Assembly (NCBI GenBank): GCA_965153285.1
Contig: OZ229118.1
Strand: one strand, 5' to 3'
Length of the DNA stretch: 64,000 bases
Origin: Podarcis tiliguerta
Taxonomy: Eukaryota
In this document: positions 11,746-23,245 of the stretch, one piece after another
How positions within the stretch are numbered: position 1 is the stretch's first letter
How the letters are laid out: the number at the start of each line of letters is the position of its first letter
Position numbers and translations under genes: made by a program
The notes under the pieces: generated by a model
What the model saw: only the letters and a program-made list of their open reading frames with translations
What the model was told of the DNA's origin: nothing
The model's database searches: none

Positions 11746-13004
11746 TTTATTTATTTATTTATTTACTGCCTGCTTAAAAACGGAAATAATTAGACCCAAG
11801 ACATCATCAGGCAAGATGTCATGTGATTTTCAAAGGCTCATGGCCTTATGCTAAGTATTTGCAGTCACATACATCATGCAGCATACTGTAACTGTGTAGC
11901 CATTTGTCTCCTCCATGGCCCTACAGACACACAGAAAGGCAGGCAGACAGAGGGCTGATTATTTTGCCTAGAGGATTGATTACCCCCACATTTCAAATGC
12001 ATCATTTCAGGAGACAAATGTTAGTTGTAGCTTCAGGGAAATGCCTTTACTTCTGTAGAATGTTGCACATCTTTAGGAGCTAAAAATAGAAGAAGGAAGC
12101 CATATTTTGCGACGTTCCGGGAAATTCTTGATAATATATGCTATCAATGGAGAAAAATTCTTTCCCAATATAGCTTTTGAAGTCCTGTTTTTTAAAGCCC
12201 TCTCATTGAAATTAAGGGAAGGAGAGTAGATTGGTATATCCACATGACTCTGCTGTCAAGTAAACCTGTCTAGGTGATATCCTAAAGTGGTAAGGGTCTG
12301 CGTACATTGGAAATATGTTATAGAAAACAGTGCCATCCTCCTAGTCATTTGGAGATGAAAGGATTAATAGAGAAATTCTTTCTGGGTTGAATGCCACAGG
12401 GGAATGTCATATATTTCTATCTAAAATTATATGACCAACCAAGATTGAGCATGTGGGCTGCTGTGCATGTAGGTCACAAAAACAAATCTCTTTTGTAGCT
12501 TGCTATTTCATTTTTTTAAAAAAAAAAAATATGTAAGGACTGCAGGCTACTGTTATTGAAGATTCTCCCAAGGATCATACATATGAGTGTACTGATTGAT
12601 AATCGATGTGTGGTCTCTCATCTGATAAGACTTTAAAAACTGTGTCCTTTGTGGATAATTTCATTTATGCATGAATAGAGGTTAAATTTGCTGTGCGTGT
12701 TAAAATAGAGGCTTAGAGAAAATTTACAGAATTCTGTTTGCTGTCAGCTAGTTATTATCAGCACAGCGAATAATCTATCAGGATGGTCCAAAAAGTCAAC
12801 ATCCCACCTTGATTTCATTTCCTTGAAAAAGGAACGTGGACATACCTTAAGTGCTTGAAATTGCAGAGAACATATAGTGGCTGAAGACTTAAGAAAACCT
12901 ACTGTAAATGTTTCCACAAACCATTCTTGAAATATGGCGCATTTCTAAAATGGTCTCTGTTGTGTGAATTAGAAAATGGGAAAGCTCAAGAATCTCGGAC
13001 GAAT

Positions 13005-13043
<39 letters not shown>

Positions 13044-13186
13044 TTATTAAATTTAGATCCTGTGCTTTCTTCCAAAGCAGTTCTAGATCTGTCAGTCATT
13101 TGCATCACCATCTCTCCGCATATAATGTTGGCAGTTTTCTCTAGAAATTGGCAATTACAAATTGGCATTCTGGTATGTTTGTAAGA

Positions 13187-13524
13187 CATACCCTCCAACA
13201 TTTCTCCAATGAAAATAGGGACGTCCCATTCCATTATGATAATTTTACTATTTATACCCTACAAATCTTATTGGGTTGCCCCAGCACCCTGGGCAGTTTC
13301 CAACTTATAAAAAACCCCACAATAAAACATTAAACATTAAAAAACTTCCCTTTACAGGATTGATTTCCGACTGCTCAGGGGTTGAATAACTCCATACCCT
13401 CCAAGATTTATCCCATGAAAATAGGGACATCCTAAGGAAAAGTGGGACATTCTAGGATCAAAAAAACCCCAAACAAACCAGGATGGCTTCTCTAAATCAG
13501 GGATAGGGACACTTGGAGGGTCTG
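13187..13524 (-). mobile_element. Composite MITE with captured L2-like tail; copy 2
   Basis: Termini CATACCCTCCAA...TTGGAGGGTCTG. The CATACCCTCCAA...ATGAAAATAGGGAC end occurs twice, at 13187 and 13393. Confidence 0.75.
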
Positions 13525-14043
13525 GTAAGGTAAATGGGCATTATAACAGTAATAATCATTATCATTCTAGTCCATTTCCCCCCGCCCCAGGAAACTCAGA
13601 GCTGCAAAGAAAGTCACCCACCTGGCTTTATCTCACAAAAATCCTGTGAGATAGATTAGGTTGGAAGTTAGTGACTGACCCAAAATCACCAGGGAACTTT
13701 CAGAGCTGAGTTTCCTCAGTGTTAGTCTAGCACTTTGAATGTTCCTGTATGATGGCTCTCATTTGAGAATAATCAATGATGTGAAACTGTATCTCTCTTA
13801 TTCATAGAGCGATATTTTCCCCCCAGAATGTATTTATGTTTTTCACTCAGTCCATATCAGATAAACACTTGTACAGGATGCCTGAATTATCAACACATTT
13901 TCCGCGTGGACCAACTCATGTTCAGAAGTCTTCAGAAGGGAAGCAGTGTGTATCCACTGCCTGGGTGTAATTATGTCCACAGCAGGGAATAAACTTGTGT
14001 TATATTTCTGACTTTATCATAGACATGGCATTTTCCTTCACAG

Positions 14044-14129
14044 AGATTATGGCCATGAAGAAAATTCAAGAAAATTACCCCAAGTATATCCCATATGATT
14101 CATTGAATGATGATGATGAAGAAGACCAG
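14044..14129 (+). CDS. Candidate internal coding exon of an unidentified host gene (EIMAMKKIQENYPKYIPYDSLNDDDEEDQ)
   Basis: Branch-like TTCTGAC about 32 nt upstream, acceptor TTTTCCTTCACAG, donor CAG|GTACAA, GAA-rich exon-like composition and an open protein-like frame. Confidence 0.55.
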
Positions 14130-14846
14130 GTACAAATGAAACAATTTGAAAGTGACTAAAACCCAAACTCTGCCTAAGAAGGGGTGTGCATCAAATTTAA
14201 GTAAAACACATTTAAATTGAAAAAGATCACAGCTGCTTTGCTTTGCCCTGGTCATTTTGCTGCTGTGCCATGCTGTGGTAAACTATGCTTTGTCATAGTG
14301 TGTTGTCTGAATCCATGCTCATGGTTTAGCTTCCCCATTTTTAGCACCATAAGACAAACCTTGGTTACAGCTCTTGACAGAGTAAAACTATGAACCTGAG
14401 CTGTGATAACAGGCTAAGCCAAACTGTGGCTTAGCTCAGTGTGGCATTGCATTGAAACCTGCACCCTTAACACAATCATCTACTAAGATGGGGTTGACTT
14501 AGTATGGGATGTGAACCAGGCCACTGCGTTTTGTCTACTCTTGGTTGTCTTGGTTATCTTGCCAATTTTGGGTTGGCAAGAGTTATTTAGACTTTGAGAA
14601 GGGATGTTTCAGGGATGTTTATAGGAGATGCCAGGGACTGAACCTGGAACATTCTGCTCATGTTTATTTATGTTACTAATGTTACCCAGAAGAGCGCTGT
14701 AGGCAGGAGATGAAATAGCATTGCAGTGTACATCAATAGTTACAATGAAATAAAATACTGTTGTTGTATGTTCCTGAAACACAGAAAGAAGCAGGGAAAA
14801 CAACAGCAACCCCAATTTTACCCAAAATTATCACCTGTTTGTGGTG

Positions 14847-15253
14847 AGCAGGCTTGCACGTTCCTATGTCCCTTGTGAGCAAAGCTGTCGGGAGTCTCGT
14901 ACTCCCAGCAGGGTCACCCAAAGTGGTAAGGTCAAAGGGGAGGAGCTAGACAAAGAATAATTCAAGAAGTCCTCAGCGGCAGAACAGGTGGACAATAACA
15001 AGCAGTGTGTTACAATGGCTGTGAAGGCAGATAAAGTCTGCATCAGATAAGAATCTACTGGTCGTTGTGATACCTATGCCATTGGAAGAGAGCCCTTCCT
15101 GCGAAGACTGTGCATTGGTCAGCAGCACTGATCTACACACATAAAACAAATTCAATCACAGGCATCCTCCAAAAACTCAACCCAAACTTTAAAACCGTGC
15201 TTATGGAAGACAATCTTACATGGCTACGAGTGATCGCCGAAAAAGAAGAAGAC
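14847..15253 (+). mobile_element. Bipartite non-autonomous RTE element (RTE 5' UTR joined to RTE 3' tail)
   Basis: The 5' part has GGCTTGC...CAGGGTCACCCAAAGTGGTAAGGTCAAAGGGGAGGAGCTAGACAAAGAA, which resembles an RTE 5' UTR. The last ~60 nt match the RTE end at 41085-41137. (GAA)n tail; 13-bp TSD CCTGTTTGTGRTG. Confidence 0.7.
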
Positions 15254-17010
15254 CCTGTTTGTGATGTCAGAGTATAACACAACCTAACAGGGAATTGAAA
15301 ACAATTTGAAGTCACATCCTGTGCTGGGTTTTGCTTGAATGGGGAGAATGCTTTGAATGATAAACCAGAAGCTGAACAATTCATTATTTTCAACTCCTTA
15401 TTTGTCATAAATTCCATTATTCTCCCAAAACGCATTCACCTCCTTAATCTCCCACAATGGTGTGATTCAGCAAACTTCATTTTGCTCACAATAATGGTAT
15501 GTTAGAAAAAGAGACGTTAGAAGCATATGCCCAGAAACATTGATCTAGAACACTGCATGGGAAAGCAACAGACTGCTTGCTATTAGCCCTGCTAGATTAA
15601 GAAACCATGTCTAATTGTCAGACACCAAATAATCTCATGACCAGAAGTGTTTCTTATCAGCTCACACTGAATAGCATCTATTTATGTTTGTAGGCCACAG
15701 TGCCCTGAGGGAAACCAACTCACACTACAAAAGTGAAATACATACATGGCAGCTGGAAATTTTATTCCTTCCCAATCTAAAGGGCACATTTAAAAACCAA
15801 CCAAAAAACCATAAAGTGCAGATGAAAACATTATGCAGATATTAAGAGATGCTTGGATGGGGGGGGGGACTTCTGGGAATCTGTTTTTTGCCTTTCAAGG
15901 GAAACATTCGTGGGCACCAAGGAAGAAAAGGAGTTAGCACTTTTCTGCACTTACCAACTATAGTTGATATTTGATCTGATATCTTTAAGAGGGAATTTGA
16001 AGTGGATGGTCTGCAATCTTGGTCACATGTCCTGTTCTTAGAGAGTGAGGACTTATTCACACTTTCATTCGCTCCTCCCCTTTCCCTGGGGGAAACCTGA
16101 TCTTTAGCGATGAACTGGAACAAACAGCAATTGGGTTTTCTGTGGGTTGTTCCAATTTAGCATTAAAGAGTGTGTTTTCCTGGGGGAAATGGTGGGGCAA
16201 AGGCCAAAGTAGAAACAATTTACATACATCTTAAGAGGCAGAAATGTAGCTATACAAAGAGGTTTTTCTTCTTGTCACCAATCATAAAAATTATTTTATT
16301 GCACACTTTTCATTTCACTCCTTTTTCTATATTACTTGTTTCTAAGGAATGGTATTTTATTTCTAAAGTAAATTTGTAGCATGTCTGAGTTCACATAACA
16401 TAAGGTGAATAAGGAAAGGAAAAGAAACCAGATTGAGTTTCATTGAGGGAAGCAAATACAGAGTGAATATATATTGCTACGCTGAATCAGCACTCCTTCT
16501 GGTGGCTCCCTGGGTGATCAAATTCAGTGCTGAATGTCAGAGTTTTCATATTATACTTTAATTTTAGGATAGTTGAAGCAATATTTGGAATGCCATAAAG
16601 TATTACCTCTGTTTCTCTTGAGTTGCAAAACTGAACAAATGGAATCAGTTTTGTTTTCTTGGCACAACTGCAGAATTTGAACAGACAATGGGACATTCAT
16701 CTGGCCCCATGATGTGGCCTGGAGCATATTAGAGAACTGCCAATATGGTGAAAGACGTTTGGGATTAGAGACCCACAACTTGTATTCTCATTGCGTAAAC
16801 TGTGTAACAGAGGAATCTTGCTTTGTCTGTTTTTTGTGGTTGGTAGTTGAGTGAACTCCATTAATATTGCCTTCCGTGGTGATCTATCAAAATAATATCC
16901 AGGTGAGAGATTTCTTTCCCTGCTTTCTAAAGAGAAAGGAGGTGGAAGGGAAAGCTGGTAAAATAATGGCCAGGGATCAGCTGAAACGCCATATTTCCCA
17001 GGAAAGCAAA

Positions 17011-17605
17011 CGTCACAGACTGTTTGGGCGCAGAGGAATGGTGGAAAGAACCAGCTGGGGAACCCCCAAGGGAAGAAGACCCAGAGCCAGGGGATTGGTG
17101 GTAGGATGATGATCAGTGGTCAGAGGGAGAAGACGGTGGGAGGAGAGGTGTCAGAAGCTGAAGAGGTAACAGGGCTTTAGTGAGAGGGCGGAATCTTTGA
17201 CAGAGAGCAAATCAGACTCAGATGGTGAAGCAGAAGAGGGAGGCCAAGAGGCAGATGAGTCTAGCTGGTGATGAAGCACAGGTGTTTCCCCCTCTTGCTT
17301 CAACAAGCTCCCCTCCCTCTTGGTTTCCCCGTACCAGGAGAGGCATGACGAGAGCAGAAGAGAAGTTAGCTTCATGCAGGAACAGTTTCAGATTGCTTGA
17401 GGAAAACCCTGAAGAGGAGGGGACTTAGGCAGTTGTGAGGAGGTGGGGACCTTCAATCTCCACAACTGCTTCATGGGAGCAAGACCTGCAAGAGAAAAGT
17501 TGCTGTGCTCATTAGGTCTGCCACTCCTGTGCAGATCCTGTTTTTGCTAATAAAGAGTTAACTTCAACTTGCTCAGTGTGGTTTCCTGCTGGCTTACTTC
17601 TGACA
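17011..17605 (+). mobile_element. Solo LTR with a decayed acidic/Trp-rich reading frame (LTR-A)
   Basis: (C/T)GTCA...TGACA termini; perfect 5-bp TSD GCAAA; AATAAAGAGTTAACTTCA polyA region shared with 52902-53445. Confidence 0.85.
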
Positions 17606-17616
17606 GCAAAGCAATA

Positions 17617-17984
17617 TAGGGATTGGAGGAGAAATTCAATTTACCGGTAGTTCACATTTAAAGGAGAGCCTACCCAACTCATGCGCCCTGAAGCAGTTCA
17701 CAGAAACACAGCTGTTTAAAATTCACACTTCTGAATTTTGCAAGGCAGTGCTCCAACCAAGTAATGTGTACAAAAATACATATACCAAGTGTGAATAAAG
17801 ATACATATATGCATGAAAACAACGTAAGATATATATATTACGAGAAGCTTGTACTAAAATCCTGATGAATTTTCATGAGGAGCTTTTTTTAAAAAAAAAT
17901 TGCAAACTGACCTGGAAATGTGAAGAACTAAACTTAAAGTGTGAAGAAGGAGAAACCAAAATGGACATATTGACCCATCCTTAG
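17617..17984 (+). mobile_element. Old non-autonomous DNA transposon (TAGGGAT...CATCC termini)
   Basis: Homologous second copy at about 22838-23245, sharing GGAGAAATT, CCAAGTAATGTGTACAAAA and AAACACAGC. Confidence 0.6.
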
Positions 17985-20900
17985 GTGAAATTACAGTTCT
18001 AAGGAAGTAAATTGTTTTCTTGGGTGAAGGGGACTGTTTTATATGCCATGAACTGAAAACTGAAAGCGTGTGTTTGGGCAGTTAAGAATCAGTTTGCTTC
18101 AGGTTAGCCTTTTGCTTCATCTGTGCATCTAATGCTTATAATTTCAAATCATTTTATTAAAATGAGACTTTATTGGCATATCTAATGACACAAGTGTTGC
18201 CAATATGAATGGAAGAAAATACAGGTCCTGCAGGCATGAATTAGATGCATAGCTTCCAATATCAGTCAGATGAAATTATGTGCACTCAAAGGTTAGTTCT
18301 TTGTAGTGTGAAAGAGGGTAAATGGTAGGAGCATGAGGAGCATCATGTTGAGGTGGCTAGCATGCCAAATAGAACATTCTTTCCCCAAGATGCAAAAAAA
18401 ACACACAAAAAAAACCAACACACAAAACCTTTTATGTGTCCATTTAAATAACCCCAAAATGTGCATTTGTTCATAATAAAACATCTTACTTCTAAATAGT
18501 TTTCAAAACAGCAAGCAGACTTGGCCTCAACCAAAATTTATGATGTGTTAAGGACAGGGGAAGGAATAAGTGTATGGTTTTCTTGGGGGGTGCGTGTGTG
18601 TGAATGTGGCGACGTGCTATGCTTGCTCCAGTAATCAGGTACTTTGCTACATTTTGAATATTTCATCCCTAGCAACACTGTGAAATCCCTATGGGATGTA
18701 ACATTTTAAAACAGTATGCCCTAGTAAAATTATTAGATCTGCTAGCAACACAGGAGACAATGGTAATCACTTGTAATCACTTGTCAGACACTTGAATACT
18801 GGTAATCACTTGTCAAATATCTGTTTCCTTTTTATCTTCCCATCTAGCCAGAATTCATAACTATCTGCCTTGAAAAGAGCTCTATTGGATCATATTGCCT
18901 GGTCAAGTGTCTTGCTTCCCACCATGGTCAGTCCGTTGCATCCGGGAGGACATGAATACAATAGCATTCCCCACACCATTATACTGCCTCATATCTATAT
19001 ACCAAAACTGGATGATTCAGAAAGCTGTTATCTACTATTGGGTGACACCCATTCCTTCACATCTGCCCTATTTAGCACAGGGATTCAGAAACAAAAACAG
19101 GAAAATTCAATTGTATTGGTGCCATGATCAGAAACGCAATAGGATTTTGAGTCCCTCCTCCCAATCTTTTCACAAGATTCTGACCCCTTGTGAGTCTTCA
19201 GATTCTCTTAACTATATGCTGCTATAGCAGCATAAGGAGCAGTTGCTTCTACACTCCATCATTTCCTCACTGGTCACTTTCAGACCACAGCCTCTTTGCA
19301 GGTGGGATCTCATCTCATACCAGAACATTCACAGGGCTTGGTTGTCTCATGAATCAGTAGGCGTTGCCCTCCAAAGTTCTCTTCAGGCTCAGACTCTGAA
19401 GTGAAATCTACCATGTTATGATTGTACCGTGGCCTGGTAGTATGTATGGGTCTGGCCCTAGACATTTTGCTTCCTGAGGCAAAGGACAAAATGCTTCCCC
19501 ACTTTTCCATGTACAACAGCTGACTGGCCTGGCAGCAGAATCTCATTTTAATACCAGTGATGGGATTGTGGCATCCACTACACCTGTGGGCAGCAGGACA
19601 AGTTACATGAAGTCACACATATTAGCTCCATCCTGCAACAGGGCCAGCCCTGATCATGTGTGTCGAAGGGCAGAATAAACATATTTTGAATGGATAACTA
19701 AAAATAAATAATAGTACCTGGAACAGTAGATTAAACACATCATCTGAACATGTCCTTTTTAAACTAAAAAAAATGCAAATGTAACAAATGGGAGTGTTAA
19801 GTAAATATAATAAGGAAAATAAGTAATATAATGAAGAGTAGTAATTTATCAATAGACTGAGCATCTGAATAGGCTATCTTGACAGTCATATGACATCAAG
19901 TGACTGGCCAATGGGTGGCTGTGCCCATATGTCAAAAATGGCTCTCATATAGTGCACCAGTTCTGGATCCAGCCCTCCAGCTGAACGCAGTTTTCCACAC
20001 CTGATTTAAATAGATATTTAATGACAGCAATTATTTATAAAGTTACATCTATACGTATAAATTAGCATCTGCACACTTTATGCAAACCACTCTCCTTTTT
20101 TGTCCTCTTTTTGTTGTTGTTAATGCATTCCTCATTCCAGATTTAAATGATAGCAGTAAGTTCTAAATTTGCATCCATGCATATAAATTATCATATGCAA
20201 AGTTTCTGCAAATCTGTGCCATTTTGGGGGTGATGCCTTTCTTCTTTTTTGCCAAAGCGTAAGTGACTACCTTAGGGATTTTCTTCTGAATAAACATGCA
20301 TTGGATCAGGTGCATGTGAGCTGCCCCTAATGAAAAGTGCACCATGGTGCCAAAGGAGGGGATTGAAAAACAAACCTGGAGTGATTAACAATAATATTTT
20401 TTTAAAAGTCATGGAAATCAGTAATTCTCCAGAGGAATGAATCATGTCTTTCTGTTGAACGATGGTGGTTGAGGCCCCCAAGGAATCTTATACCAATTAT
20501 ATATACCTGTTAGACAACTTTGGATTGAAAATAAGATGTGAACCTGGATTTGTTAAAAAGGAATTAGGTCAAGCCATTCTTCATTCCTTCTTATTCCATG
20601 TGTAACCAGTTTAGCAGAAAATGCTTTTGAAAATATCCATGATTTTGATTCCAAGTAAGCAACAAATAACAATTCTGAGCACGAACTAACAGATGAACTT
20701 TGGTGTCCTATCCTGCTTCATAAGCCTAAATTTCAATCATGCATTCACTTGTGAGATATTCTGTGTGACAGCAAGATATGCTGTCCATTTGAGTAAAGCA
20801 AACACAACAAACTGAAACTGAAAAACTATGTTGCATTAATTTTATTATATGCCCCACGCAAAACCATGAAAGAGGAACGTGCAAGTTAAGTCTTTAATTT

Positions 20901-21786
20901 GGTTATTCCACAGAAACATGTCTAAGAGCAGAGACGATTCTCTGATGTCAGACACAGTTACAGGCAGTCATTGATGCAGTTAGAGTCAAGACTAATAATA
21001 TTTTTTTCTATTGTTGTTTTCTCTCTGTTGCTATTTTTTTGCTCTAATTTCCAAGGCCTTGATCAACAAAAACAGCAATGAATTAAAGTTTCATCGTAAT
21101 AGCCTAAGGGTGAAAAGACACGCAACTATTTCAGAAATGTTCTCCCTCATTCCACAATGTGTGATGCAACGTTTGCCACCAGGGCTGGCTCTACCTGAAT
21201 AAGGAAACTGCCTCAGTCAGCAGATCACAGAATTGTAAAGATGGAAGGGACCCCAAGGCCCATCTAGACAAAGCAGGAATCACAACTAAAGTATCCCTGA
21301 AAAATGGCCATCAAACTTCTGTTTAAAAACCTTCAATGAAGGAGCATCCACCACCACATTAGTTCAGGTCCTACCCTCTGAAGCAGCAGAAAACAAGCTT
21401 GCTCCACCTTCCATATGACAACATTTTAGATAGTTGAAGATGATTATCATATCACCTTGCAGTCTTCACTTTATTACCTTGTCTCCCTCCTCAGCCCAAG
21501 TTCCATATCTTTCTTCATATCCATATCTTTCTTCAACTTTTCACATGTACTACTGGCAAGCCAGGTGTCCCCCACCTTATATTTGCACAGCTGGTTCTTC
21601 TTACCTAAGTGCAGAATCCAACATTTGGCTCTACTGAAAGTCATTTTGTTAGTTTTAGCCCAGTTCTCTAATCTGTTAAGGTCATCTTGAATCCTGATTT
21701 TGCCTTCAGCATCATTGGCTACCCCTCCCAGTCTGGTGTCATTGACAAATTTGACGAACATCATCTCAGTTCCTTTGTCCAAGTCA

Positions 21787-21975
21787 TCCTGACAGTAAGA
21801 GCTGTTCGACAGTGGAATTTGCTGCCAAGGAGTGTGGTGGAGTCTCCTTCTTTGGAGGTCTTTAAGCAGAGGCTTGACAACCATATGTCAGGAGTTCTCT
21901 GATGGTGCTTCCTGCTTGGCAGGGGATTGGACTCGATGGCCCTTGTGGTCTCTTCCAACTCTATGATTCTATGAT
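21787..21975 (+). mobile_element. Younger CR1 3' end inserted antisense into the older CR1
   Basis: Encodes LTVRAVRQWNLLPRSVVESPSLEVFKQRLD, then a 3' UTR TTGGACTCGATG...TTCCAACT and a (CTATGATT)n octamer tail. Confidence 0.9.
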
Positions 21976-22372
21976 AAAGGCGTTGAACAACAAAGGGCCT
22001 AGGATCAAACCCTGTGGCACCCCAGCTGTCACTTTTCCCCAGGATGTTGAAGAAACCTTAGCGATCACTCTTTGGGTTCAGTCAGTCTACCAGCTGCAGA
22101 TCCATCTAACAGTAATCTTGTCCAGCCCGCATTCTACCAGCTTCTTTGCAGGAATATCATGGGGCACTTTGTCAAAAGCCTTACTGAAATCAAGATACAT
22201 TACATCTACAGTATTCCTGTGATCTACCAAGCTTGTAACACTATCAAAAAAAGAAGTGAGATTCGTTTGGCATGACTTGCTTTTGAGAAATCCATGATGG
22301 GTCTTAGTAATCACAACATCCTTTTCTAAGTTCTCACAGACTGTTTAATTATCAGTTCCAGGACCTTTCCAT

Positions 22373-22627
22373 GACAGCCAGTGTGGTGTAGTGGTTAAGA
22401 GCAGTAGTCTCGTAATCTGGGGAACCGTGTTCATGTCCCCGCTCCTCCACATGCAGCTGCTGGGTGACCTTGAGCTAGTCACACTTCTTTGAAGTCTCTC
22501 AGCCCCACTCACCTCACAGAGTGTTTGTTGTGGGGGAGGAAGGGAAAGGAGAATGTTAGCCACTTTGAGACTCCTTAAAGGAAGTGAAAGGCGGGATATC
22601 AAATCCAAACTCTTCTTCTTCTTCTTC
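22373..22627 (+). mobile_element. Squam3-type (Ther1/MIR-derived) tRNA SINE
   Basis: GCCAGTGTGGTGTAGTGGTTAAGAG head, CORE-like GCTGGGTGACCTTG...CTCTCAGCCCCAC.CACCTCACAG body and (CTT)n tail. Second copy at 47833-48084. Confidence 0.85.
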
Positions 22628-22837
22628 CTGGTATCAACAACAACAAGCTGAAGGTAGTTGCCTGGGTCCTCTTTCTCCTATCTTTAACAGATGGGGACAA
22701 GATTTGTGCATCTCCTGTTTGCAGGGACCTCACCTGTTCTCCTTGTCTCCATTCCTTTTTTACTTTCTAATTCCACTACTCTGCCCATTTAAATTGCCTT
22801 ACCATAATATATAAAATATATTACAATGGTTACACAG

Positions 22838-23245
22838 TGGGATGTGGGAGAAATTTGAATCACTTCACATTTAAGGCAAACCCACCAAATGTATGCTTTC
22901 TGAAACAATACTCAAGTTGAAACACAGCCATCCTTCAATAATTCCCCAGCCAAGTAATGTGTACAAAAGTATATATACTGCAGTAAAGTTGCATTAAAAA
23001 GCCATATATTAGTAAAAGGAAGGTACAAAACTGCATCATCTTAGGGAAACAATGTTTTGCACAAAATTGTATATAAGAGAAACTTGAACATACTAGGTGA
23101 AATTTGCATTAAAATGCAGGTGAAAATCTACAAGGGCTTTAAACATAATAATTCAGAAACTGGTGTGGAAACGCAGAGAACAGAAATTAAGATTGTATAA
23201 ATGAGAACCCAGGGAAACTGGAATTGTCAGATTCATTCATTCCTA
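22838..23245 (+). mobile_element. Old non-autonomous DNA transposon, second copy of 17617-17984
   Basis: Shared motifs with the copy at 17617. Confidence 0.55.

Larger units (their letters stand above)
21224..22760 (-). mobile_element. Decayed CR1 LINE (RT region to 3' end) interrupted by two younger insertions
   Basis: Minus-strand peptides HGFLKSKSCQTNLTSFFD, VMYLDFSKAFDKVPH, KFVNDTRLGG and IQDDLNRLENWAKTNKMTF. The CR1 tail lies at about 21224. Confidence 0.9.
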
